Assembly (NCBI GenBank): GCA_002347045.1
Contig: DDWV01000001.1
Location: 553,201-614,743, forward strand
Source: Candidatus Collierbacteria bacterium UBA2277
GTDB taxonomy: Bacteria > Patescibacteriota > Microgenomatia > UBA1400 > MFAQ01
Direction of reading: 5' to 3'
Length of the DNA stretch: 61,543 bases
Shown here: piece after piece, positions 29,568-38,163 of the stretch
Numbering within the stretch: position 1 is the first letter of the stretch
Layout of the letters: every line of letters begins with the position of its first letter
The notes under the pieces: generated by a model
Databases searched by the model: none
What the model was told of the DNA's origin: nothing
The model's input: only the letters and a program-made list of their open reading frames with translations
Made by a program: the position numbers and the translations under genes

Positions 29568-30032
29568 CTAGGTGGATTGTACAGGAACGATCACCATCTG
29601 ACGAAAAGGAGCTTCTCCTCGGGACTCAGTTTTGATACCGGGGAACTCTGCGAGAAACATGTGAATAATACGTCTTTCGTATGAGCTGAGATTTGGGAGG
29701 ATGATTTCTTTTTGAAGATTAACTGATCTTTCTGCGGCATCTTGAGCTAGTTCTTTTAGGGTTTCTTCACGTCGCTCTTGGTAGTTGTTGACATTTAAGT
29801 GAAGCTTTGGCCAGATGGCGAAGCGCTGAAAAATAATAAGAGAAAAAATCATACGGAGAGCAGAAAGACCTTCACCGTGATGACCGACAAAAACACCGGC
29901 GAAGTCTTCCGGAAGAGATAGGGAAATGTTGATGTTTTCATCATCTGCCATATCTATGGTGATTTGGTCTTCTGAAAGAGCTAGTTGAGACAGAACATTG
30001 GTTAGTATTTCAGTGATTTTTGATTGATCCAT
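29568..30032 (-). CDS. jag: Jag-like KH/R3H RNA-binding protein
   Basis: R3H motif YERRIIHMFL and the conserved position downstream of yidC. Confidence 0.8.
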   Translation of the reverse strand: MDQSKITEILTNVLSQLALSEDQITIDMADDENINISLSLPEDFAGVFVGHHGEGLSALRMIFSLIIFQRFAIWPKLHLNVNNYQERREETLKELAQDAAERSVNLQKEIILPNLSSYERRIIHMFLAEFPGIKTESRGEAPFRQMVIVPVQST

Positions 30033-30062
30033 GTTTGTTGTTTTTTTAATTTATAGACAAAG

Positions 30063-30821
30063 TTATTTTGCTTTTGTTTTGGTTGAAGCAAACAGATGTA
30101 CTTTGTTGATAACGGGAATTAGTCCGCCCCAACCTGAGAAGAAGTACTGTTGAATTAGGGAGTAAAGAGTAGAAATAACCCAGTAGAGAACTAGACCTGA
30201 CTGAAAATTAAGAGAGATGATCACAGTCATGAGAGGCATCATGTACACCATTTGCTGTTGCATACTGGAAGCCATTTCGAGACTGTCTTCTTCTTTTTGT
30301 TTGTCTGCTTTTTTCTTGGGATTTTTTACTTCTGAGACGACACCTGACTGCATCATAAGAGAAAAAATGAGTTGAGATACTCCCGCAAGAATTGGTAAAA
30401 CATATGATCGATCTGGCTTTGTGAGGTCTAGATAAAGGAAGTAAGGATTAAGGGTGATTCCGTTGACAGAGGATTGTTTTAGGAAATAGATAAATACTTG
30501 ATAAAGAGAGATAAGAATTAGTATCTGAATTATCTGGGGGAGACAGCCAGCAGCCGGATTGATACCTTTTTCTTTGTAGAGAGCAATCTGAGCTTGTTGA
30601 AAGGCAGCTTTGTCTGTGTGTTTTTTCTTGAGTCTGTCTATCTCAGGTTTGAGATCTTGCATTTTTTTGGCCGACTTAAGTGAAGGAACAATGAGAGGAA
30701 GAAGAAGAGTCTTAATGATGACAGTGATTGCAATAATGGAAAGTCCAAGATTGCCTCCAAAAACACTGTAGAAAAACAAGAGTGAGTGATAGAGAGCGGG
30801 AGTAAGTAGTGGTAATTGCAT
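30063..30821 (-). CDS. yidC: YidC/Oxa1 membrane protein insertase
   Basis: INPAAGCLPQIIQILILISLYQV pattern, polytopic, within the rnpA-yidD-yidC synteny. Confidence 0.9.
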   Translation of the reverse strand: MQLPLLTPALYHSLLFFYSVFGGNLGLSIIAITVIIKTLLLPLIVPSLKSAKKMQDLKPEIDRLKKKHTDKAAFQQAQIALYKEKGINPAAGCLPQIIQILILISLYQVFIYFLKQSSVNGITLNPYFLYLDLTKPDRSYVLPILAGVSQLIFSLMMQSGVVSEVKNPKKKADKQKEEDSLEMASSMQQQMVYMMPLMTVIISLNFQSGLVLYWVISTLYSLIQQYFFSGWGGLIPVINKVHLFASTKTKAK

Positions 30822-30823
30822 AG

Positions 30824-31054
30824 TTATTTGATTTTATCAGGAACAGGGTCGTGTCCTCCTTTGAAAAAGGGGTTACACCTAAGAATTCTATTAAGTGACA
30901 GTTTTGTCCCTTGAATAATACCATATCGGGCGTATGCTTGACGGGAGTATTCGGAGCAAGTGGGTGTAAAACGACAGGCAAAGGAAGAACCAAAAATGAA
31001 ATGTCCTATCGAGTGATAGAGAGGGGAGATGTATTTTTTGTAAAACTTTAACAC
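30824..31054 (-). CDS. yidD: membrane protein insertion efficiency factor YidD
   Basis: CRFTPTCSEYSRQA motif. Confidence 0.9.
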   Translation of the reverse strand: MLKFYKKYISPLYHSIGHFIFGSSFACRFTPTCSEYSRQAYARYGIIQGTKLSLNRILRCNPFFKGGHDPVPDKIK

Positions 31055-31395
31055 TCTAATTTAATTTTCGATAATACTGCTTGGATGTCTTTTTGGAGAT
31101 CTTTGTTCACCAATTCAAGAGTTTGATGTTTGGGGATGACTAGATAGTCGTTTGGAGGAATAGTAGGGAGAATATTTTCTATAAGGGAAGATGTTATTCT
31201 TTTGATTTTATTGCGATTTACGGCTAGTCTGGCTGTTTTTTTTGATACTAGAATGGCGAATCGGGGAGATTGAGAGGGGGTTTCTTGCTTGGCAGAGATA
31301 ACTGTGAAAAACTTGCCATAGAAAGTTTTCCCAGTTGTTGAGATTCGTTCTCTTTCGAAACGGAGGGATAAACGATTTGCCCTAGGAAGAGCCAT
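31048..31395 (-). CDS. rnpA: ribonuclease P protein component
   Basis: Basic protein of 115 aa (RLSLRFERERI..., KRITSSL) between rpmH and yidD. Confidence 0.85.
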   Translation of the reverse strand: MALPRANRLSLRFERERISTTGKTFYGKFFTVISAKQETPSQSPRFAILVSKKTARLAVNRNKIKRITSSLIENILPTIPPNDYLVIPKHQTLELVNKDLQKDIQAVLSKIKLEC

Positions 31396-31398
31396 TAT

Positions 31399-31536
31399 TT
31401 AAACCGATAATTTTGTCCTACCTTTGGCGCGTCGACGTTTTATAACGTTACGACCGTCGTGGGAGGCCATTTTAATGCGGAAGCCATGAGTGCGCATACG
31501 CTTTCTTTTGTGTGGTTGGTAGACTCTTTTTGGCAT
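31399..31536 (-). CDS. rpmH: 50S ribosomal protein L34 (not in the ORF track, under 60 aa)
   Basis: Hand translation of the minus strand gives [45 protein letters not shown] followed by a stop. Confidence 0.93.
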   Translation of the reverse strand: MPKRVYQPHKRKRMRTHGFRIKMASHDGRNVIKRRRAKGRTKLSV

Positions 31537-31727
31537 AGGTTTATTTTATCATTGATAGATATCGGTGGTTATTATACCCCGAAAGGCATAAAAAAGGCAG
31601 TTGTCTGACTTTATGTACTCGAGTTATGTTTTGTCTTGCATAAAAATGATTGAAGAAGATTTTGCGGAGATTGGGCATGATGATGTGATGTGATGTGTTT
31701 TTGTTGGGTATTTTGGGGGTTGTAGAA

Positions 31728-31736
31728 TGTGGATAA
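31728..31736. promoter_or_regulatory. consensus DnaA box upstream of dnaA
   Basis: TGTGGATAA is the reverse complement of TTATCCACA. It lies 47 nt upstream of the dnaA ATG. Confidence 0.7.
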
Positions 31737-31782
31737 CATGGTAAAAATGAACTACACCTGCCCGGTTATTTAGTAATTCTTT

Positions 31783-33165
31783 ATGGAAATCGACGCCAAC
31801 AATTTATGGCAAAGTGTTTGTGGAGAACTGGGGGTATCAATGTCCCCGGCAGGATTTAACGGTTGGGTTAAACCATGTTTTATTAACTCGATTACTCCTA
31901 TAAACAACGAGAGAACTATTGTCGAGCTTGCAACTCCTTCAATGTATCACTTGAAAACAGTGGACGAGAAGTATTTCAGTGTTATAAAACAGTCTTTGGA
32001 AAAATTTACGCAGAAAAAGTGTGATCTTGCTTTAGTAGTAGTAGAAGAAAAGAAGGTAAAGAAGGAACAGAAGTCAAAAGAATCAGCAAAAGTAACGGGG
32101 TCAAAGATAGATCTATTTGCATCAGACCAACCAGACAAACAAGCTGGGAATAATCTGAATCCTCGATATGTATTTGATAATTATGTAGTAGGTAGCTCTA
32201 ACAGACTAGCGTTTGCTGCCGGAAAAGCAGTAGTGGACTTTCCTGGAACAAGACACAATCCTCTGTTTATATATGGCGGAGTAGGGGTAGGCAAAACTCA
32301 CTTGATGCATGCTGTGGGACACGAGCTAGCGAAAAATGGCGTTGGTAAGGTTGTGTATGTTACAAGCGAGCAGTTTACAAATGACTTGGTAAATTCATTG
32401 CGTTCAAAGATGACAGAGGCTTTTAAGAAAAAATATCGACAAGTAGGAGCATTGTTAATTGACGATGTGCAGTTTTTTGGAGGAAAGGACTCTACTCAAG
32501 AGGAGTTTTTTCATACTTTTAATGAGCTTACGAATAAATCGGCACAGATAGTGATGACTTCTGATAGAAAACCTCAAGACATCGAAGGACTGGAAGATAG
32601 ATTGAAGAGTAGATTTTTGGGAGGAATGGCAGTGGATATTGGTTTGCCCGACTATGAAATGAGACTGGCTATTCTAAAACAGAAAGCACAGGAAATAGTA
32701 GTTGAGGTCGAAGAAGAAGCTTATACCTTGATAGCAAATAATTTCAACACAAATGCAAGAGAACTTGAGGGCGCTTTTGTAAAATTGGCGGTTGGAGCTA
32801 GTTTGGAAGGGGGACTACTAACAAAAGAGATGGTGCAACAAACCATGGGCTTACCAGCAACTTCAATACGTGAAGTAAAAGTAAGACCAATAAAAGTGGT
32901 ATCTACCGTGGCAAAATATTTTGATTATCGAAATAAGGATTTGTTGGGAAAGAGCAGAAAGGCAGACTTGGTTGAAGCTCGACATATTGCAATGTTTTTG
33001 TTACGTGATTCTCTGAACATCCAGCTGACAAAAGTAGGTGAGATTATGGGGGGAAGAGACCATACAACAGTGATGCATGCGGTAGAAAAAATGAAAAGTG
33101 AAGTTGACAGTAATAGTGATATACGGCGTAAAGTAACGGCAATTAAACAGGCGTTATACACTTAG
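31783..33165 (+). CDS. dnaA: chromosomal replication initiator DnaA
   Basis: GGVGVGKTHL (Walker A), LLIDDVQF, and the C-terminal DNA-binding helix-turn-helix (RHIAMFLLR...DHTTVMHA). Confidence 0.96.
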   Translation: MEIDANNLWQSVCGELGVSMSPAGFNGWVKPCFINSITPINNERTIVELATPSMYHLKTVDEKYFSVIKQSLEKFTQKKCDLALVVVEEKKVKKEQKSKESAKVTGSKIDLFASDQPDKQAGNNLNPRYVFDNYVVGSSNRLAFAAGKAVVDFPGTRHNPLFIYGGVGVGKTHLMHAVGHELAKNGVGKVVYVTSEQFTNDLVNSLRSKMTEAFKKKYRQVGALLIDDVQFFGGKDSTQEEFFHTFNELTNKSAQIVMTSDRKPQDIEGLEDRLKSRFLGGMAVDIGLPDYEMRLAILKQKAQEIVVEVEEEAYTLIANNFNTNARELEGAFVKLAVGASLEGGLLTKEMVQQTMGLPATSIREVKVRPIKVVSTVAKYFDYRNKDLLGKSRKADLVEARHIAMFLLRDSLNIQLTKVGEIMGGRDHTTVMHAVEKMKSEVDSNSDIRRKVTAIKQALYT

Positions 33166-33468
33166 TAATCCACATGTTATCCACTGATGGTGGATAACTA
33201 TCTAAAAAGTGGATTAAACCGAACATAAAATAATTATTGTTGAAAAGTGGCCGAAGTTATCAAGAAAAGTATCAACACTAATAATGAGTTGTTTAAGAAA
33301 TGAAGAACTTAAAAATGTTTGAATTTGACACAAAAAGATTGATAAAGCAATCGATGATAAAGTTTCAACAATTGTTTTAAGAATGAATCATGCGTAAAAT
33401 CAACAAATCAACAGACGTTATTACTACTATTACTATTTTTAATTAATATATATTTAATAGATAGAGAT
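33166..33468. other. candidate oriC (DnaA-box cluster plus AT-rich unwinding region) between dnaA and dnaN
   Basis: Boxes TAATCCACA (33166-33174), TTATCCACT (33177-33185), GGTGGATAA (33189-33197) and AGTGGATTA (33208-33216). A very AT-rich tract lies at about 33420-33468. Confidence 0.65.
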
Positions 33469-34578
33469 ATGAAAATCATTGTAAAAACAGAAGATCTAAA
33501 AAAGAGTTTGATTATTGCGGGGAGAGGTGTAAGCGCTAGACCTCAACTTCCGATTTTGTCTGGAGTATTGCTCAAAGCAACAAATAGTGAAGTATCTTTG
33601 ATTGCAACAGATTTGGAAGTAAGTTTTTGGGTGAAGTTGCAAGCGAAGGTTGAAGAAGAGGGAGAGGTTGTAATTCCGGCGAAGTTGTTTTTGGAGCTTG
33701 TGTCTAGTTTTCCTTCGGGGAATATTACTTTGGTATCTGAAAAAAACTTGATTAAGGTGAGTGTCGATGGAATTAATTCTGAAATTGTGGGTCAGGGGGT
33801 CGATGATTTTCCAAGTATTCCAAGAGCCAACAAAGCTCAAGTGGTAATTCGAAGTGGTGATTTTCGACAGAAAGTGGATAGGGTTTGTGTAAGTGCAGCA
33901 AAAGATGACACAAGACCTGTTTTGACTGGGGTTTTATGGGAAATTGACGAAGATAAAGTTTCTTTGGTAGCTACGGATGGATATCGTTTGAGTGTTGACA
34001 AAATTAAACTGACAAAGACGGTATTGGAAAAAGAAAATCGACTAATATTACCGGCACGTTCTTTACAAGAAATTTCGAAGATGTTAGGGGAAACAGGCGT
34101 AGATGAGTTTTCTTTGGAGTTTGATAAAAAGAATCAACAAGTAATTTTTCGAGTGGGTGATGTTGAGGTGGCTTCTCGATTGATTGCAGGCGAGTTTCCT
34201 CCTTATCAACAGATAATGCCCAATACTTACTCAACAAGAGCAGTGTTTGGCAGAGAAGAGACATTAGAGGCTGTTAAAAGGGCAAGTTTGTTTGCTAGGG
34301 ACAATGCAAATATCATCAAGATGATGATTGAGAAAGACAAAGTAACAGTAATGGCTGAAAGTACACAGATAGGGACAAGCGTAACTTCTTTTGAAGCAAA
34401 GACTGAAGGAGAAGACATAACAGTGGCTTTTAATGCTAGATATTTGTTGGATTATTTGGGAACTTGTACTTCCGAAAAAGTTGCTTGGGAAACTGAGGGT
34501 GAGTTGAAACCAAGTACATTTAGAAGTGAAGAAGATGAAACTTGGATACAAGTAATTATGCCTGTTCGAGTTCAGTAG
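33469..34578 (+). CDS. dnaN: DNA polymerase III beta sliding clamp
   Basis: 369 aa with the three-domain clamp pattern (ILSGVLL, ATDGYRL, FNARYLLD), directly after dnaA. Confidence 0.93.
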   Translation: MKIIVKTEDLKKSLIIAGRGVSARPQLPILSGVLLKATNSEVSLIATDLEVSFWVKLQAKVEEEGEVVIPAKLFLELVSSFPSGNITLVSEKNLIKVSVDGINSEIVGQGVDDFPSIPRANKAQVVIRSGDFRQKVDRVCVSAAKDDTRPVLTGVLWEIDEDKVSLVATDGYRLSVDKIKLTKTVLEKENRLILPARSLQEISKMLGETGVDEFSLEFDKKNQQVIFRVGDVEVASRLIAGEFPPYQQIMPNTYSTRAVFGREETLEAVKRASLFARDNANIIKMMIEKDKVTVMAESTQIGTSVTSFEAKTEGEDITVAFNARYLLDYLGTCTSEKVAWETEGELKPSTFRSEEDETWIQVIMPVRVQ

Positions 34579-35552
34579 TTCATGGGTGCAACATAATAGA
34601 CATTTTCACTGAAAGGAGTGAGATCGTCTATCTTGATGTTTCCAGAGATTAAATAAACGGGAGAGAGAGAATTGTTTATTTGGATATAAGCTGGTTCGAC
34701 TTTTTTGACGGTAAACAAAACAACAGACCCTAAGTCGAAAATACCTTGTTTATCTACCTTGAGAGGAGTGATTTTTATAAAGAAATCAAGAGATAAATTT
34801 TTGAGCTCTTCGAGATTGAATTGTTGAGAGTTTTGACTTATGTTGGACTCTAGGTAACCATTAATGATAGTGAGTGTTTTAACACTGAGATCTCTGTATA
34901 GATAGAGAATTATGGTGTGTGGTTGAGTTAGGTTTGAAGGGACTACCGGGTATCCATTGACTAATTGATCCAGATAAACTTGAGCTATTTCACCTGCTTC
35001 GGCGGAAGTTGGGTTTGAATAGAGATTGTCTTTAAAATAAGTGATTGAGGCTACTCTAAAAGTTTGTTTTGGAAGAATTTGCTCTACTATAGCAAGGGCT
35101 TTTTCACCAACTTCTGATGATTGAAATATATTGCCTGTTTGTGGTTTTTTTAGGTTTTCGTAGTTTAGAGTTTGTTCTTTTGGAGCATAAAGAAGTATTT
35201 GTTCTGAGGTTTTCCAAATTAAAACATTTTGATTTAGTGTTTGTTTGTTTTGTGAAGTGAGACCTAATTTTCCGGCAACGTCCTCAGCAAGTTTGTCACT
35301 GAGAAGGAATGAAGAAATATATAAAGGGTATTTGTCGTCTGGATTTATAGTGCTTACTTGTGACCAATCTATCATCAGTGTGGGTTGTTTGTAGGTTCCC
35401 TTTGAGTGAGGTGTAGGAAATTGTGATTTAACAGAAGGTAAAATTGGTGTGGTAGTTGTTTTTTTTGTGACCTGAGGAAGAAATATATAAAGAACAATGG
35501 TGATGATGGCTAAAGCTCCGAGAAGGTAATATAGACTATTTTTTTTATTCAT
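34572..35552 (-). CDS. bitopic membrane protein, last gene of the VirB4 operon (hypothetical; VirB8-position candidate)
   Basis: A single N-terminal TM (LYYLLGALAIITIVLYIFL) and an exodomain of about 290 aa. The gene is 17 nt downstream of the M23 gene. Confidence 0.45.
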   Translation of the reverse strand: MNKKNSLYYLLGALAIITIVLYIFLPQVTKKTTTTPILPSVKSQFPTPHSKGTYKQPTLMIDWSQVSTINPDDKYPLYISSFLLSDKLAEDVAGKLGLTSQNKQTLNQNVLIWKTSEQILLYAPKEQTLNYENLKKPQTGNIFQSSEVGEKALAIVEQILPKQTFRVASITYFKDNLYSNPTSAEAGEIAQVYLDQLVNGYPVVPSNLTQPHTIILYLYRDLSVKTLTIINGYLESNISQNSQQFNLEELKNLSLDFFIKITPLKVDKQGIFDLGSVVLFTVKKVEPAYIQINNSLSPVYLISGNIKIDDLTPFSENVYYVAPMNY

Positions 35553-35569
35553 TTTCTTTGTTTATCTTA

Positions 35570-38155
35570 CTATGGCTGATTACAGTTAAATGTTTCGCCA
35601 TTACAGCAGCCTTCATCGATTTGGAAACCTCCGGCTGGACAAGAGTTGTATGGCACATTTCCAATGTAACCAAGATGAAGATGTGGTCCTGTGCTGTTCC
35701 CTGTGTTACCAGAAAGTCCTATTACTTGACCGGCAGTGACTGATTCACCTGTTCCGACAGAAAGACTTACAAAATGACCATATATTATTTTGAAAGTTTC
35801 ACCTGAATCAGTTTGAGCTTCGATAATAACATGGTTTCCGTAACCGGAATCACTGTTTATAGCGAGAATTACAGTGCCGTCTGTCATACTTTTTATAGGA
35901 GTACCTGTGACCATAGAGAAGTCAGCTGATTCACTGATTCCACCATGGTGAGTGCAAATAGCGACGTTTGGACCTTGAGTAACGGTGTGAATGCCGTCGA
36001 ATGGCCAAGGCATGTTGGCACAGTTGATGGGCATGGAAGTGACTGTTTGGGATTGTAACTGGACAAGAGTAGATATAAGGGGAGCGACAACTATAGATGT
36101 GATGTAAAAGAAGAAACCAATTAGTGTACCAAGGAGAATAGTAACAGTGGCTGATTTGGCGGCAACATAGGTGGCAGAAATGAGAATTCCGAACCAAGCA
36201 ATTGTTCCTCCAATAGCAGTGGTTGCTCCTGCTACTGGAACTGCGAGTAAGTCTCTGAATTTTATTTTTTCTCCATACACGGAAGTGGCAGTTTCTTGAA
36301 CTGCCTTGTAAGCAGCGCCAATAGTTTTTTCGGCGACAAATAAAACTGTTTGAACTACGACGTCGAGTAATAAACCTACTCCAGGAGCTAGACCATTGAC
36401 TGATTCAAGGGCAATACTAATTCCCAATTTTGTAGATGCCCAGGTGGCTGCTTTGACAGCCATTTTGGAAAGAGCTTCTTTGGAAAGAGTAGCGATACCT
36501 CCCTTGAGTCCTTCGGAAAGAAGGGTATTGGCGGCATTTTTGATGACTTCGTTACCAATTTTTTCTACTAGACGGGTGGCTATTTGTTCGCCGGCTTTTT
36601 TGCCTACCCAGCTTTTGAAGGTTCCCCAAGGATTGGATATAGCTCTAAAAGTGCCCTTGAAACCGCCTGGGAGTTTGTCTGAGATGCCGTTGAAAAAACG
36701 AGAGACAGAGTTAAATCCTCCTTTGGCTCCCGATAGTCCTTTGGAGATGTCTTTCCCTAGTTTGGACTCGGAGATTTTTCGAATCTGAACGCCGGCAGAA
36801 GTAAAAAGATCTTTGCGTTTATTGTAGAGAATACCTAAGGAAGACTCGGGATTTTTTTTGGCAAAGCTTCTTACGTCGGCAAGAAGTTTGGGTGTTAGGT
36901 CTCTGCCATAGAGGAGAATTGCTTGTGGTGAAAAGCTTGGGTCTTGAATTTGGGATTTGCCGATAATGGCGGCAGCTTGTTCTGCTTCGTAGCCAGAGTA
37001 AGCACGAAGCGCTCCTGGCATGTCGTTTCTTATGGCATCTTCTAAAAGTTTGGCGTCATCCATGGGAGAAAAAACACGAGGTTGGATACCATTTGACTGA
37101 AGGTTGTTGTGGATTCTGGAAACTTCTTTGTTTGCATCGTCGATGAGATCTTTAAGATCAGGATCCATTGAGAGTCTGGTTTCTCGACTCTTTTCAAAGT
37201 CTTTGAAAGATTCTGTTTGTTTGGCTACTTGATTTATTAGACGATTTGCTTGGTTTTCATTGAAGGCGGCAAGATGTTGATTTTCTTCGATTAGCTCTTG
37301 AATTTGTTCTGTTTTTTGTTGCCTTCTTAGCTCTTGAATTTGTTCTTCATTGTCAAAAATTTTTTCGTTGTTTTCTTGTGTGATTTTTTCTGAGGATTGA
37401 ATTTCGTGGAAAACACTGGAGACAAAACCTCCAGGAATGGTAGCTAAATTATTTTTATCTGAGTCAGATAGGGTGGAGAAGTCTATAAGGAGAGTGGATG
37501 ATTGAATTGCGGTGTCTATGTCAATTATGCCTATGGTGTTTAGCTCTACCGCAGAAGTGATGATTTGATTTTGAACTTGAGGAGAAAGCTTCGTAAAACC
37601 TTTGTAGGTAAAGGCTACTTCTTTGACTGCAGAGTATGACTTAGACAGAGCTTGGGTTTTGGAACTTGACTTGGGAGAGCCTAGTGAGACAAATACATCA
37701 TCAGTATTTTTGAATCTTTCTCTATTAGATCTCCTCTTTTCTTTGTTTTGTAGAGCTTGTTCTTTTATCTTGGAGTGAGCAATGGCTATTTTTACCTGTT
37801 CGGCTACTGACCTTTGGCTATTGGATTTAATTTCTTTTTCAGCTAGTGTTGCCTGGTTTTGACGGTACTCTTCAACCATGGATTCTAGTTCTGGAGGAAT
37901 TGATGAACCTTCCTTAACTTGTTCAGAAGACTTCTGTTGAAGATTATTTATTTGGTCTTCTACAGCTGATACCGGCAGCTTTTTTAGGAAAAGAGAGTAA
38001 CTTTTGGAAAAGAAGTATTTTTTACCAAAATATGCATCAGCTATAGAAAAAGTTTCCCAGTCTTTTTTTGTGAGTGAGTCTTCTTTTTTTTGAGCAACGA
38101 TTAGATCAATTACTTGATTTAGTTGTTGAATTAGTTCTGCATTTTCTGATTCCAT
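35570..38155 (-). CDS. T4SS-associated cell-wall hydrolase: long coiled-coil N-terminal region, TM bundle and C-terminal M23 peptidase domain
   Basis: C-terminal THHGGISESAD (HxnD), YGNHVIIE and GPHLHLGY (HxH). Hydrophobic segments lie about 140 aa upstream of these. The N-terminal half is rich in K/E/Q. Confidence 0.7.
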   Translation of the reverse strand: MESENAELIQQLNQVIDLIVAQKKEDSLTKKDWETFSIADAYFGKKYFFSKSYSLFLKKLPVSAVEDQINNLQQKSSEQVKEGSSIPPELESMVEEYRQNQATLAEKEIKSNSQRSVAEQVKIAIAHSKIKEQALQNKEKRRSNRERFKNTDDVFVSLGSPKSSSKTQALSKSYSAVKEVAFTYKGFTKLSPQVQNQIITSAVELNTIGIIDIDTAIQSSTLLIDFSTLSDSDKNNLATIPGGFVSSVFHEIQSSEKITQENNEKIFDNEEQIQELRRQQKTEQIQELIEENQHLAAFNENQANRLINQVAKQTESFKDFEKSRETRLSMDPDLKDLIDDANKEVSRIHNNLQSNGIQPRVFSPMDDAKLLEDAIRNDMPGALRAYSGYEAEQAAAIIGKSQIQDPSFSPQAILLYGRDLTPKLLADVRSFAKKNPESSLGILYNKRKDLFTSAGVQIRKISESKLGKDISKGLSGAKGGFNSVSRFFNGISDKLPGGFKGTFRAISNPWGTFKSWVGKKAGEQIATRLVEKIGNEVIKNAANTLLSEGLKGGIATLSKEALSKMAVKAATWASTKLGISIALESVNGLAPGVGLLLDVVVQTVLFVAEKTIGAAYKAVQETATSVYGEKIKFRDLLAVPVAGATTAIGGTIAWFGILISATYVAAKSATVTILLGTLIGFFFYITSIVVAPLISTLVQLQSQTVTSMPINCANMPWPFDGIHTVTQGPNVAICTHHGGISESADFSMVTGTPIKSMTDGTVILAINSDSGYGNHVIIEAQTDSGETFKIIYGHFVSLSVGTGESVTAGQVIGLSGNTGNSTGPHLHLGYIGNVPYNSCPAGGFQIDEGCCNGETFNCNQP

Positions 38156-38163
38156 GGAGAAAA

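Noticed and set aside
31677-31697. GATGT/GATGTG microrepeat upstream of dnaA, considered as a possible CRISPR or tandem repeat.
   Set aside because: There are only about four 5-6-nt units and no spacer structure. I saw no CRISPR-like repeat-spacer array anywhere in the window.
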